From: Ionaspis alba
Lineage: Eukaryota
NCBI GenBank assembly: GCA_964255285.1
Contig: CAXUUL010000013.1
Span: 1 to 64,000, forward strand
Direction: 5' to 3'
DNA length: 64,000 nucleotides
Positions 52,353 to 64,000 of the stretch are shown here, piece after piece (the stretch's first letter is position 1; every line of letters starts with the position of its first letter). A program made the position numbers and the translations under genes. The notes below the pieces were generated by a model. It worked only from the letters and a program-made list of their open reading frames with translations, was not told the DNA's origin and did no database searches.

Positions 52353-54121
52353 ATGACTCCACAGAAAACTTCCCAAAGTACGTCCACAGACCCGGCGACT
52401 TTCGAGATGGTATTATCATTCCGGGAATTGAAGTCTCGAACAGCCAATTATCATGGAAGGACTAGAGGACTCCGTAATGTCCCACTACCAGTTATCCTTA
52501 TCATCACTTGTATTGCTTTTGTTAACATCATTGTGTGGACCGCTGCTGGCATAGTTCTGGTAGACCTCAGTCTAATTACTTCAACGTCTACCACTAACTA
52601 ATGCCACAGCACTATAAACCGTCAGGATCTGCTTGAAATTGAATTTTAATCATAGGGGCTGATCTATCGTAGTGGTCTTATCTCGACTGCCGTGCTTGCA
52701 TATACCTTTGGAGTAAGGCATGCGCTGGATGCAGACCACATATCTGTAAGGCCGTCTCCCTGGATGATGCTAGTCGACATCTGAACGGTCCTGCTAGGCC
52801 ATAGATCTTATGACACGAAGACTGATCGGATCCGGGCAAAGGCCTGTGACTGTGGGCACTTTCTTTTCATTAGGTCATTCTACGTACGTCGTTCTTCGGT
52901 CTCAGGGATCCTTGGCTATCGCTGAAGGCCTTCCGACTGCATTTGCTGGGGTTGACTGATCTCTCATATTCAGTATTGTTGTTGTGACATCCCTTGTCGT
53001 GGCGGCAACAGCGTCGGCTATCAGTAACAAGTTCGATGCATTCAGTCGCGTTGGTGGGATCATCGGCAGCTCAATCTCTGCGGCATTCTTGATCATCCTT
53101 GGTCTCATGAACTTGTACATACTGTACAAGCTCGTTCGGCAGATGAAGCTCCTGATCGCCTCTCCAGAAGGAAGAGAGCAAAGTTTTGAGATTCAAGGAG
53201 CTGGTTGTTTGTTTGTCGTCTTTAAGAAGCTGTTCAGGATCATCGATAGGTAAGTTCGCTCTACCAATGACCACTTAGGCAGCGATAGATGTGGTTTGAG
53301 GCCAGCATTAAAGCTGATGAGCAGGACAGGCCGTGGAAGATGTACCCTCTCGGGATTTTGTTCGGGCTCGGATTCGACACAAGCTCGGAAGTTGCCCTGC
53401 TCGGGATTGCAAGCATTCAAGGATCGAAAGGATCGAGTATCTGGCTGATTCTGATATTTCCCCTACTCTTCACAGGTTAGTTGTCTTCATGGTCTCAAGG
53501 ACATTGAGCTCATAGTATTCCGTATAGCCGGCATGTGTCTTCTGGACACGCTTGACGGTGCAATGATGCTCACACTGTACACTTCGACCTCCCTTGCCAA
53601 AGACCCCATCGCTATACTGTACTATTCGATCGTCTTAACAGTGGTTACGGTTATGATCGCGATTGTCATTGGTGTCATTCAACTGCTCACTTTGATCTTG
53701 CATGTCGCAGAGCCGGAAGGCAAGTTTTGGGATGGGGTCGATGCTGCGTGCGAACATTACGATATCATTGGTAGGTGCCCTAAAGTGATGTTTTCCTGAT
53801 TTGAGGTCTCATGATCAAATAGGTGGCGCAATCTGTGCCTCATTCCTCGTGTTTGGAGGTCTTAGTGTCCTTGTATATAAACCCTGGCGACGGCGTGTCG
53901 ATCGGATGCGGCCTGTAGGACAGCCTTCCAACGAGACTGACAACCGGAATACACAGAGTTTCGACCACCCAATCATAAAGAACCGTGCGAATGGGGAAGG
54001 CACAAAACTTGGTTACGAAGTTCTTCCTTCCAACGAATCAGCTTTGAATAACTTGGCAGACCGAGAGCAATCTGAGCTCGGTCGGGATGTTGAGGAAGTG
54101 CGATTGTCGAGTCAATCATAG
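52353..54121 (+). CDS. NIC1: High-affinity nickel permease (NiCoT family), multi-exon
   Basis: Signature [45 protein letters not shown]; the start could instead be the later Met (~52407). Confidence 0.93.
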
Positions 54122-54763
54122 ATATGATATAGGACCATGAATGACACTTGCTGGGAAAGGCTTGAGCCGTCTCGTGGATTTTATAGTTGCTCTAGATGAG
54201 AGGATGGATCTTTACAGCACGTTAGCTAGGCTAAGCGTACATAAGAAGCTACATGCATGATCAGCTTTACAAGACCGTGCCACATTAGACATTTGGGCAC
54301 CTGCTGCTTGGTGTTCTGGAAGTTTTCTTTGTGTAATGAGCAGCCGGCCATGTGTATTGAAAGCTCAAAACATGATTCAAATCGGCACTCTGTACATATC
54401 GCCACAAGACAATAGAAGCGCAGAGTCAACATCGTGGTCCAAGTGATAAGAAGGAGTGTGTATTTGACAAAATGACACATTGAGAATCACGACTGACTCA
54501 GGAGACGGGTCCCTTTGAAGACTTTGCGCCTTCCAGTTCCATATGCTGGCTGAGCGAGGAAGGAAGGAATTGAAATTGAGTATGTCAAGCCCTGGAGACC
54601 ATGAGCTAGACCTCCAAATGTAAGAGCGGTAATGATGGTAAGCAAAGCATATTTGTGGCATGATTGTGCTGTTAGTATGGGTATTATTTATGAGATTGTC
54701 GCTGGCTTACCAGAGGCGCCATCGAGATGTGGCGAATTTAAAGGAAATAAAAAGTAAAGGTAG

Positions 54764-54828
54764 TGGAGAGCGTCGGATTCGAACCATAGACACGGCGATT
54801 TCAACTCGTCGGTCAACACTTGCTCCCT
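54764..54828 (-). pseudogene. Degenerate tRNA-like element lacking a D-arm
   Basis: Minus strand AGGGAGC-aagtgttgacc-GACGA[GTTGAAA]TCGCC-GTGTC-TATGG[TTCGAAT]CCGAC-GCTCTCC-A followed by T-rich CTTTACTTTTTATTT; spacing from anticodon arm to 3' end is canonical. Confidence 0.5.
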
Positions 54829-54911
54829 TTAGAATTGGTCTGTAAGAACCAAAAGATCTTCGGAGTAAAAGAATGACAAAAACACAGACCCGGAGGAGTG
54901 TGATAACTCTG

Positions 54912-54935
54912 CTACTTCCTGTGCACAGGAAGTAG
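54912..54935. repeat. Perfect 24-bp palindrome CTACTTCCTGTG|CACAGGAAGTAG
   Basis: Exact self-complementarity, 20 bp before an assembly gap. Confidence 0.9.
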
Positions 54936-54955
54936 TTGGTTTGGATCCTGCCGTG

Positions 54956-55055
54956 NNNNNNNNNNNNNNNNNNNNNNNNNNNNNNNNNNNNNNNNNNNNN
55001 NNNNNNNNNNNNNNNNNNNNNNNNNNNNNNNNNNNNNNNNNNNNNNNNNNNNNNN
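54956..55055. other. Assembly gap (100 N placeholder)
   Basis: Run of exactly 100 N. Confidence 0.99.
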
Positions 55056-56250
55056 ACAAACTTTTATTTTGGTATATATTCTTAAAGAAGAAAGGAACAT
55101 CAACTTTTTGCCAGCACACTCACCCTATTCGCAACACATCTCCCCCAACCAGTGATAACCAACTCTTATGATACGACCCTTTACTCTTCTTTCAAAAGCG
55201 CTTCTTTTGGTCTGATCACATTTTTCGTTTTCCCACCATGCAACAACCTACACACCTCCCTAGCTTGGCGCAGTGCCACGAATTACTTTGAGCCGAAAGT
55301 CCTCTGAAGAAGTACCACTCTTGCGATGACCACCATCCCGAATGTACGCACGCATTGATGTCAAGATCTGATAAATTCCGATGCAGCAGACACTGTACCC
55401 GCGACGCTGCCACATCTCTCGTGGAAGCATCGTCCGGTGACGAGCAAAGCAATAGTACAACAATACATGACGACGTTGATCTGTTGAGTTTTCAAGTGCA
55501 TAATTTACACTTACAGCGATGCAGTAGGGGCATAACAAAGCGCAGGTGGAGTGCAGAATGGAACACAGGCAAGTCATATTTCTTAACTACCTTCGCCTTG
55601 AAAGGAGAAGGGTGTTGCTATTCATGAAGCTGGACTTCTCAATGGCTGGAGATGAAGCTTGTTCATCAAGACAGTCGTTACCAGGCAAGGAAGAAGACAT
55701 TCTCTTGTCTTCAGAACAGACTACAATCAATGAGGACTGGCTGTTGGAACTGGCTATACTATGTTACAGAATCAAACAACGGACTTGTCGTCAGATCCCT
55801 GCACTATCAAGCGAGTAGCTGCAGGACGGGATGTTGGACTCAGCACGTTGCGCATGCGACATCCCGGGACGCGCCAAGCAAGGGCTATATTGTACCTCCG
55901 TACTGTTTCTTTATTAGACCACGTGGAATTCGGGTACTCAATGGTCCTAGCACCAAGTATCACGCTGTTAGTACAAGGATTATTGACAGATGCTAAAGAA
56001 CTCATCATGAGTGCTGTGCTCGGGGTAGATGAGTCAAGCACAAGCCTCTGTATCAAGGATGATTTTGTTGGCTATGGGTCTGCGTCATCTGAATGATGCT
56101 ATCTACTCAAAGTCCGCTGTGCCATTGCTACCCATGAAACCTAGCTGACCATCACATCACTTGACACACGTATCGTCCTGATGTTGATTGTAGAGTCAGT
56201 CTCAGTAGCCGAAAACTATGCTACATGGTCTCCCTTACGACTCTCATTGA

Positions 56251-58365
56251 TCAGCCATCCTCAGGATTATCATCACCAGATGATTCGGCATCGATTGCGG
56301 CTTCAATCTTCTCGGTCTTGCTTGAGATCCCGTTGATTGACCCCTTGGTAGCTGCTATACCCATGGAAGACAAATAGAGCAGATCTGGGCTCTTCGTATT
56401 GTCCAGCGCAGAGAACATAGCATTGAACCTACATCGAGGTCAGTGTAGGTTCCCAGTAGTTTGATAGCGCAGGATTGGTGACACACGTATTGTCCCTTTC
56501 CTCTTCCCTAAAGATTCGCTCGTAGATCTCCCGCTGCTTGAACTCATTCATCTCCTTCTCGTACTTCTCAAAGCTCACAGGTCCTCGGTCCTCCTCGCCC
56601 CTCATTCGTTCGTTGTAGGTATCGAAGACGGGCCGTTCGAGTAGAAGACCTAGTCCAGGCGCTTTGGGGATGATGAATTTCTCCGCTGTGTAAGAGTCCT
56701 GGATGCGGCCTTCGTGGCAACCACATCTGACTACCAGTGCGACCATGCTCACCATCTTACGGATTTGGTGCATCATAAAGCTCTGGCCATGCACCTTTAG
56801 GGACAACCATTCTGTGTCGTTTATGAGGATGGGTTTGTCGTCGACCACGAATGTTTTGATTACACGCTTCGCGGAAGGATCTCGGGCGGGTTTGTTGACA
56901 GTGTAATTGTGATAATTGTGCGTACCAACGTAGCGTGACAGAGAGGAGCGAATTCTAGCTAGTCGGTCTGGATGTATGCGGTAGACCTTTTTGGCTTGAG
57001 TGTAAGCGGTCCTAAGCTCGTTGATGGCTGCTTCGAGAGGTGGAGGCTCCTTTGAGGATATTACATCTTTGAGATCGACCAGTTCAGATTCGAGAGCATT
57101 GCCCACTGCAGTGTTTGGATCTGGGTCTGGAGATCGAAAGTTGTTGAGCTCTGATAAATCCTGGCCAGGTTCTACCATAGCATCCAGAATGCATTCATCC
57201 AAAACAATCTCCTTATGCTTGACCTCTCCAGTGGTAGATGTCGCCTGGTCTTGCCCTGTGCCATCAATTGCTTTTTCTTCCTGCTGCATCACAGAGTCAG
57301 GGGCTTTAGGCTCCTTAGATGGACTATATAGGGCCGTCATCACAACTTTGCATAGATCGGGTTCCAGCTTGTCCAGAATTGGACGTATAAACTGATCTTC
57401 CGAGTCTGCCCAAAACGATGCTACATCCTTCTGCCTTTCTTCGTAGCTCTCACGGTCCATGGCCTTCTCGGCGAGCTCCGGAAGTTTCCGACCAAGGAAG
57501 CTAGAAGGGTGTGGTGGTAAGAAGCAGTGCGTAGGTATGAGGTACTCGTAGATTCGAGAGTCGCAAAGTTGGTAAGCACTGAAGCTTGCGTTTGTCCTTT
57601 CAAAGCCCCATACCCTTATTTGAGGTGAGAGGTTGTCATTGATCTTTTGGACCAAGTTTTTATCTTCGATGATTAATTTCATGGATATGACATTGCCCGC
57701 GGCATGCACGCCCTTGTCTGTTCGAGCACATCGTACGAGAGCAGACTTCTTCGGATCATTGGCATTCGCCTTCGATATAGCTCCAGCTGCAACAATGGCA
57801 CCGAATAGGTCCCCCTCGATAGTCTTCTCCTTGTCGTTCCTACATAGGTCAGACTAGAGAGATTGAGTCACCTTGTGCAAACTCACAATTGCATGCCTTT
57901 GTATCCACTACCAGAATAGCCAATCATTACTGCCACTTTTCTCTTTGGTCTCCGTTCCTCCGCCTCAATCTCCTCTTTCGAGAACTCGACAGCATATACA
58001 GGTTTCTTATCATCTTCGTTGTTGAGCCTTCGACGCTTTGCAGATTCTTGTGCCTTGTCGTTCCGTCCTCTTCTATCACCTTTATTTCGACTCCATTAGT
58101 CAGTTTCAAGAATTATTGCATAAACTAATCAAACATACCTCCATGCTGAACGCCCAATATCCGATCTCTTATGGTGCCGACCTCTATCGGAACGACTTTG
58201 AGGGTTTGGCATACCTCGCTCCCGGCCGTTGCCTCGGCCCAATCTTTGACTTTCTTGAAGGTCCTCAGATACGGCTGCTGTGGCGGATGCCGTCTTTGCG
58301 TCGATTTCCGGTAGGTGAGGTGGTTCAATCTGGCCTGAGGAAACTGATTGAATCGCGGAATCCAT
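56251..58365 (-). CDS. PUS1: tRNA pseudouridine synthase 1 (TruA family), 4 exons
   Basis: RPKRKVAVMIGYSGSGYKGMQ, RCARTDKGVHAAGN (catalytic Asp), GTHNYHNYT, HGQSFMMHQIRKM, PKAPGLGLLLE. Confidence 0.95.
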
Positions 58366-58819
58366 GGCGAAAACCAATGTGTCATCAAACTCACATTGCT
58401 TGTGGAACTTCGAGGCTTCTGAATAAGTTATCTAGCCGAAAAATAATAAAATGATTGCGCTTGTCTTGCGCCAGCGCGACGGTGTACACTAACGCGGACG
58501 TGTCAGCCTTACCATTCATGCTTTCTTTGACAAAGAGCTCAGTCCGCTCTTGCGGCCACATCGCAGTCCTTTCTTCACTGACTGATTCGGTGTAGACCAG
58601 GCTTGAGCGGTCAGAAGCAATCCTAAGCTGATCTCTTAGGTGTCGTTCATCTCAGCAGCATATCTGCAGAGTAATGAACGATGGGCGCTAGATCGTCAGC
58701 TCAGTGAAACACTCGTTGCAGTTCTGCCCGACAACTTGGCTCGACGCTCCCATCACCGTATCGACAGTCCTTACGTCGCCAATCAGCCTTCGCCTGTTTC
58801 CTACTTCACCACCTGCTCA

Positions 58820-60298
58820 ATGGATCTCGCTCGGATCCTGATCCGGAGTGTAGTGCGAGCCTTTTACGACACTAAGCATGTTTTGGTCATTGATGCTTTG
58901 ATGGTTCATTCAGCGTACGCTGGGGCGATACGGTCTGAATTACAACGCAGCTGATGCAGATTGCAGGCTACCTAATGAGGACCTTGCGCTCTTACTGGGT
59001 ATGCAGCAAAAAGATCTGCGCAAGCTTTGTGGGAAACTCCGGGAGGATCGAATACTAGCAGTGTGAGGATCTACAAACTCGATTACGACTATTGGGCTTT
59101 ACTGACATGGTGTTATAGTCATTCCCGACAAGAAACTCGTGAAGGCCAGCTACGAGCCATCAGCAAAGACTACTATTACATCGACTTCCATGCTACGATC
59201 GATGCCATTAAATACCGCATCTTCAAGCTCACAGAACAAGTGAAAGATCTGTACAAGCCAAGTCAGGAGAAGAAGGATTACCATTGCCCCCGCTGCCATG
59301 CTCAGTGGACACAGCTGGAAGTGCTCGACAACATCTCTCCTATGGGCGAATTTCTCTGCCATAGATGCAAAGGCGTGCTAGAACGAGATGACGTGAGCGC
59401 AGCCGATATGGCAGGCCACGAACGGCAAAGCAAACTTATGGCTCAGCTCGATAAGCTCCTGCGTATCATGCCGGAGATCGACTCCCAAACCATTCCCAAG
59501 AACGATTTCGAGACTGCTTTCTCGCACGCAATACCCATCCATCGCGACGAAGACATCAACCCCGCGCGGAAGATGGAAGCTGTTGAAACCGGTCGCAGTA
59601 AACCGTCAGCTGTGAAAGGTATCACGATTACCTCGGCACCCCTAGAGGTCAGTCTTACCACCAACGCCGAACGAGCCGCAGCCGAGCGCGCGGAAGCGCA
59701 ACGCCAAGCAAAGATTTTAGAGCAAAATAAACTGCCTAGTTGGCACACCAATTCCACTGTGACCGGCGAAGTCACCGTGGTCGGCAACAAAGAACGGGAA
59801 CGTCTCGCAGCTCGCAGTGGCGGAGTCGTTGAACCTGCGAAACCGGAAGATGACAAGAAGAGCGAGACCAATGTGTTAGTAGACGAGCTGGCGGCCTACT
59901 ATGCGCAGATGGCAGAGGAAAAAGCCAAGGAGGCCCAGGAGGACCAGTCGAGTGCGGAAGACGAGGACGACGAATTCGAGGACGTTGATGTGGGCGCTTC
60001 GGGCGTCGGTACCCCTTCCAGTTCTATGTCTGGTGCTCCCAATGGTTCACAAGCTCCACCTACGAACGGGAAGCGACTGAAACAGGAGAGTGAATCGGGA
60101 AGTAGTGCACCGGGGACTAATTTCTCAACGCCTGCTGCATCGGGGTCTACGCTTGAGGAGGCGGGGAGGGATTCACCTGCCAAGCGGGTTAAACTTGAGC
60201 TGCCATCAAACGGCGTGGCCATCACCGTTGGGGGTTTGGATGGAGCTGATGAGGATTCGGATGAGGATGAGGCAGAGTTCGAGGATGCTTTGAGATGA
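58820..60298 (+). CDS. TFA1: Transcription initiation factor IIE subunit alpha, 2 introns
   Basis: MDLARILIRSVVRAFY winged helix; YYYIDF...IKYR; Zn ribbon CPRC...CHRC; QNKLPSWH; acidic tail EFEDV / EFEDA. Confidence 0.95.
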
Positions 60299-60822
60299 AG
60301 CTTGGCTTGACTCCTTGTTTGCGCTTCATTCCTAATAGGAGTTCTCGCTGCATTTACGGGCGTTTTGCGATCGATACCCACGTGATGCCGTCATGCTATC
60401 TAACAGACATAGACCGACGTATCATATCTTCAAGTCTATTCCATGCATTTGACTACCAGGCTCAAGCTGCCTTTCTTACTTATCAGTGTTCGCGAGCAAT
60501 TGGTGACCCGAAACCTGCGTTTCCAGGTTCCAGGCAGTAAATCTCTGGAATACAAGTCTTCAAGAGCACTTCTGGGAGCCTAAGGCCAGCACAAACACCA
60601 CATCACCTTGCTCGATGCACCCGTTCTCCCTTGCTCCCGATGTCATCATGCATAGCATAAGTGAAGGTCTATGTCGCTGCCAAAAGCGCCGAGGCTGATG
60701 CATATCGCTTCTCCAAATAACACCATCGACCATCTAACCATGAAGCTTTCCTCCCCGCTCTGCACCATGCTGTCGCTCTTATCATAAAAACCTAACGCCA
60801 CAAAGCACGCGCTCAAGAAAGA

Positions 60823-63800
60823 TCAAGACTTCCAACAATCCACGCCAACTTTCAATTCGTCTCGGAAGCAAGTAGCGCGATGAAAATGGATCATGCTGAG
60901 AGATAAACAAGCTCCGATTCGGAATCTGTGGGAGGATCCGAATTATTCTCCCAGGCATCTATAACAGATCATTTGAGTCATCGGTCCGCGAGCTGTTGCT
61001 ATCATACTCACCGGAAAGAGCATCGTCGGGACTCGAAACGGTCAAAGATTGCAAACGATCGAGAATTCCTGTGTCTTGTTGTAAGTAACAATCAAGCGAG
61101 ACTATCGTTGGAAAGATAGCTTCCAGGACGAGACTCACGCTGTGCAGAACCAAGAAACTCTTTGTCATCTTGGTCCTCCTCTGGAGCAAAGTAGGTCGCC
61201 ATGCAGTGGTTTATGACTCTAGAAACCTGCTCAACTAGTCTTCCATCAACCTGCTTCTGAGGTATCACGATCAGCTCGTCGACCCGATTGGCACAAGCTC
61301 TGCAGAGAGTCTTGCCGGCTCGCTCGATATCGTCAGCCTGTTGCTCGTCGTCCATGCTGCGGATATCAAAGCCAAAGACAAGGAGGTGCAATTGGGCAAC
61401 CGTAGCCTCGCGTACTGAGGTGTCGTGGTACATCAACAGCGTTGGGGCCCACTTCGAGACCAGATGCAAGACGGTTCGATAGAAGAAATTGTTTTGCCTG
61501 CGGAAACGAGGATTGCGAAGACGCGTAGCACTACAGAAGAACTCGAGGTGGTCTTCTCCGCCAGTGTGGCCGATCGTCTCAACCTCGTTCGCGACGCGGG
61601 CCAACATCTCTTTGGCTTCTCCATGTGTCGAGCAGCACTCACAGAAGGCCAGAGCAGCACTGAGGAACGGTCTGGCTAAGGAAGCTGGATCCACGTTGAT
61701 TCCAGATATGATGGTCCTGAACGTCGCCTGCATTGAGTCTAGATATGGCTCTGCGTTGAGTAAGATGCGAATGAGCGTGGCACAGGCCGTTATATTACAG
61801 TCTGCACTGATCGCCTTTTCGAGGAAGGCTATGCCCTTAGAACGTAAAGCATCAGGACCGAAACACATCAGAATTTCCTCTTGCCTAGTGATGGTAAACT
61901 TTATCGACCGCAAATGCTGATCGGAATGGACGGTATCATCAGTCGAAAAATCTGCCCACGAAAGTAGATTGGCAAGGAGACCAATGACATTACGCAAAGA
62001 AAACTTGCGTCCCTTTTCGATCAGTCGAACATAATGAGCCAGGTGTGGTATTTCGGTTCTCATTTTCCTTGTACTCTGTAGGTTTGTGTCGACTACAAGA
62101 AGTTCAAGACACTGGCTGACATATCCTTCCCTATGCAAGACGTAGCACTCAGGCGGCCCAAGCTGTGCTAGTTCCTGTAAAAGTCCATAGTAGTCATCCC
62201 AAGCTCGGTAGTGTAGATGCATAAATGACCAGAGGCCCTTGAGGCGGCGAACCATGTCGTGAAAGGCACCTTGCACTTCGGGAAGAGGGCCAATGGAGGA
62301 CCCAATATCGATTACGTCCACGTCAAATCCGTAAAGTCGAGGTTCGTTGTCCCGAAGATACCTTAGAGCCACAACAATCGTTCTTACGAATCGTCTTCTG
62401 ATCTCTTCGTCAGGGCTCCTGAGCAAGAGGTTGCGGAGAGCATGCTCATGTTGCGCTACCCAATCCAGGGTCAGTTTGCAACACTCCACACACCTAGCTC
62501 CTATCCGAGTAACCATATCTAATAATGGGTGGAACTCAGGGCAGTCCTTTGCCCTCGAGAATACCTGGTCCAAATGCTCCAGTGCGAGCCAGATGACTTC
62601 TTTCTCGAGCTCGTGGTTTTCCGAACATATGTTTTTGCTGAGTTCGCGGTATTGTTCGAGGAGCGATTTGATGAACTTGGCATGTTCGGGGTCAAACAAG
62701 CAATATTTTCGAATCCACGATTCATTGTCGAACGCAACCGCATTAGCAAGCTCAACTGGTACTTCCTCCTTGGCAGGTAAAACTGTGGACATTGACAGGC
62801 GATGCTCTCGTTCCCTTTCCATCGAACTTACTCGTTCGTAGAAAAGCATGTAGGCATTCCAAGACTTAGGAAATCGCATTGGCGAATACGTGGGTTCGCT
62901 CAACCCACCAAAGCATTGATCCGGAATATTTGATGGGTCGAACCTTGTAACATCTGAGTCATTGAATTCAACCCAAGCTCGAAGATCCCTATTGGCAGTG
63001 GGTCGTTCCCGAACATATGAGTAATAGTGGCCGGATTCTGCGTTGCCACTGTGCACCAGGACTCCAACGAGTTGAAAATGGTCCGGCTTGGATGGTTGCT
63101 GCGGATCTTTGAGATATTCGACGTCGTATAAGGACATGTCAATCTCCTGGGGAAATTCGAAGTGATCATTGATTTTGCTCCTTTGGCCAGTCACCAAATC
63201 ATAGTCGAATCGCTTTAGGTGGAATATGAGATTGTCAGGAATATCCTTGAGGCATGATCTGCTACAATTTAGTCAAGAGCTGTTAGATTCATGGCTTCAC
63301 TCACCGCTTCACAGCATCAACATACGAACCGCACGAACTGCAGGAATATTTGTTGTCTGAGAGCACGATTAGTATAGGCCACCTAACAATGCCCACAAGG
63401 GCTGAACCAACCTCCTTCCATGACTTCGCCTTCGACATAGGCATTCATACTTTCAACCAAAGAGGCTTTGCCTTGAATCTCGCACTGAATTGCCGAGAAC
63501 GGCTCGAGACGCTCGGAGATATGAGGACATTCTTTGGACTTTATCTGCTGCACCAGCTGGCCTCCATAAAATTGTCGAAAGGTTTTCTTATCATTTGCAG
63601 AAGTGATTTGACTCTCCCACCTGTCGAACAATAGATTGTAAAATTCATCAACATCCATCTGAATAGAGACGTCGATTGGCGAGTTCTCATAAGTGACGAC
63701 AGAATCGACGATCCCCTGAGGATCGACCTGTTTAAGCCATGTCTCCTGCATGTAAGCGAAGAGCCTCTTCGTCTCTGCGAGTAGTTTTTGTGAGGCTTCG

Positions 63801-64000
63801 CCATCCGGAACATTGCGTGCCAGCATGAAACCCCTAAAGCCAACATTCATGAATAACTGGGTGAACAGAGAATTCAGATAGCAGGTATTGGATAGATTCT
63901 TCAAACCTGGATACCCTGTGGGAGATCGGATTGCCTTCGATCGCTCGAAGTTCCAATTCGCCTCGTAGTGGTAGTCTTCTAATATTTGAGCAATGCCCCA
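60823..64000 (-). CDS. Large ubiquitin-specific protease (USP9/24/34-like), 5'-truncated by the window edge
   Basis: Cys box GLKNLSNTCYLNS, QMDVDEF, LIFHLKRF, His box GVLVHSGNAESGHYYSY, FNDSDV, AYMLFYER, long helical C-terminus; the exact 3' end is uncertain. Confidence 0.9.

Noticed and set aside
54764..54785. LTR retrotransposon primer-binding site (starts with TGG)
   Set aside because: By tRNA spacing the CCA corresponds to positions 71-73, not the added tail; no LTR, gag or pol sequence nearby
54764..54828. Plus-strand tRNA with TCA anticodon (Sec or mitochondrial Trp)
   Set aside because: The stem GGCGA-TTTCAAC-TCGTC pairs, but the T-loop consensus and terminator are on the minus strand and plus-strand arm spacing does not fit

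Overview
Gene-dense, intron-containing nuclear DNA of a filamentous ascomycete (Pezizomycotina; short GT-AG introns of roughly 45-100 nt with CTRAY branch points). It contains three 100-N assembly gaps. I can support about 23 protein-coding genes, mostly housekeeping: an Emp46/47-like lectin, ALG8, ITC1, SGF73, mitochondrial CEM1 and mL46, CRIPT, the DRS2 flippase, a CBM48/AMPK-CBM protein, IWR1, a Myb-like protein, an RRM-like protein, a CAP59/GT69 mannosyltransferase, cytosolic AsnRS, DNA ligase I, CSN6, an SDR, a Pol X family polymerase, a NiCoT nickel permease, PUS1, TFIIE-alpha, the 3' part of a large USP deubiquitinase, and one hypothetical protein. I found no transposon, CRISPR, rRNA or secondary-metabolite cluster, and no convincing multi-gene novel system. 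The best leads are at the RNA level: (i) a candidate non-AUG (GCCGCC-ATT-G) N-terminal extension of DNA ligase I that could be a mitochondrial presequence; (ii) two in-frame splice donors in that gene that each complete a PCNA PIP box; (iii) a D-armless tRNA-like element next to a perfect 24-bp palindrome in an AT-rich patch; (iv) two introns that need a rare GAG acceptor, both ending AATGGAG; and (v) a ~5.6 kb gene-free region containing a transcript-like segment without a good ORF. All gene models were spliced by eye and family calls come from recognised motifs, not database searches.
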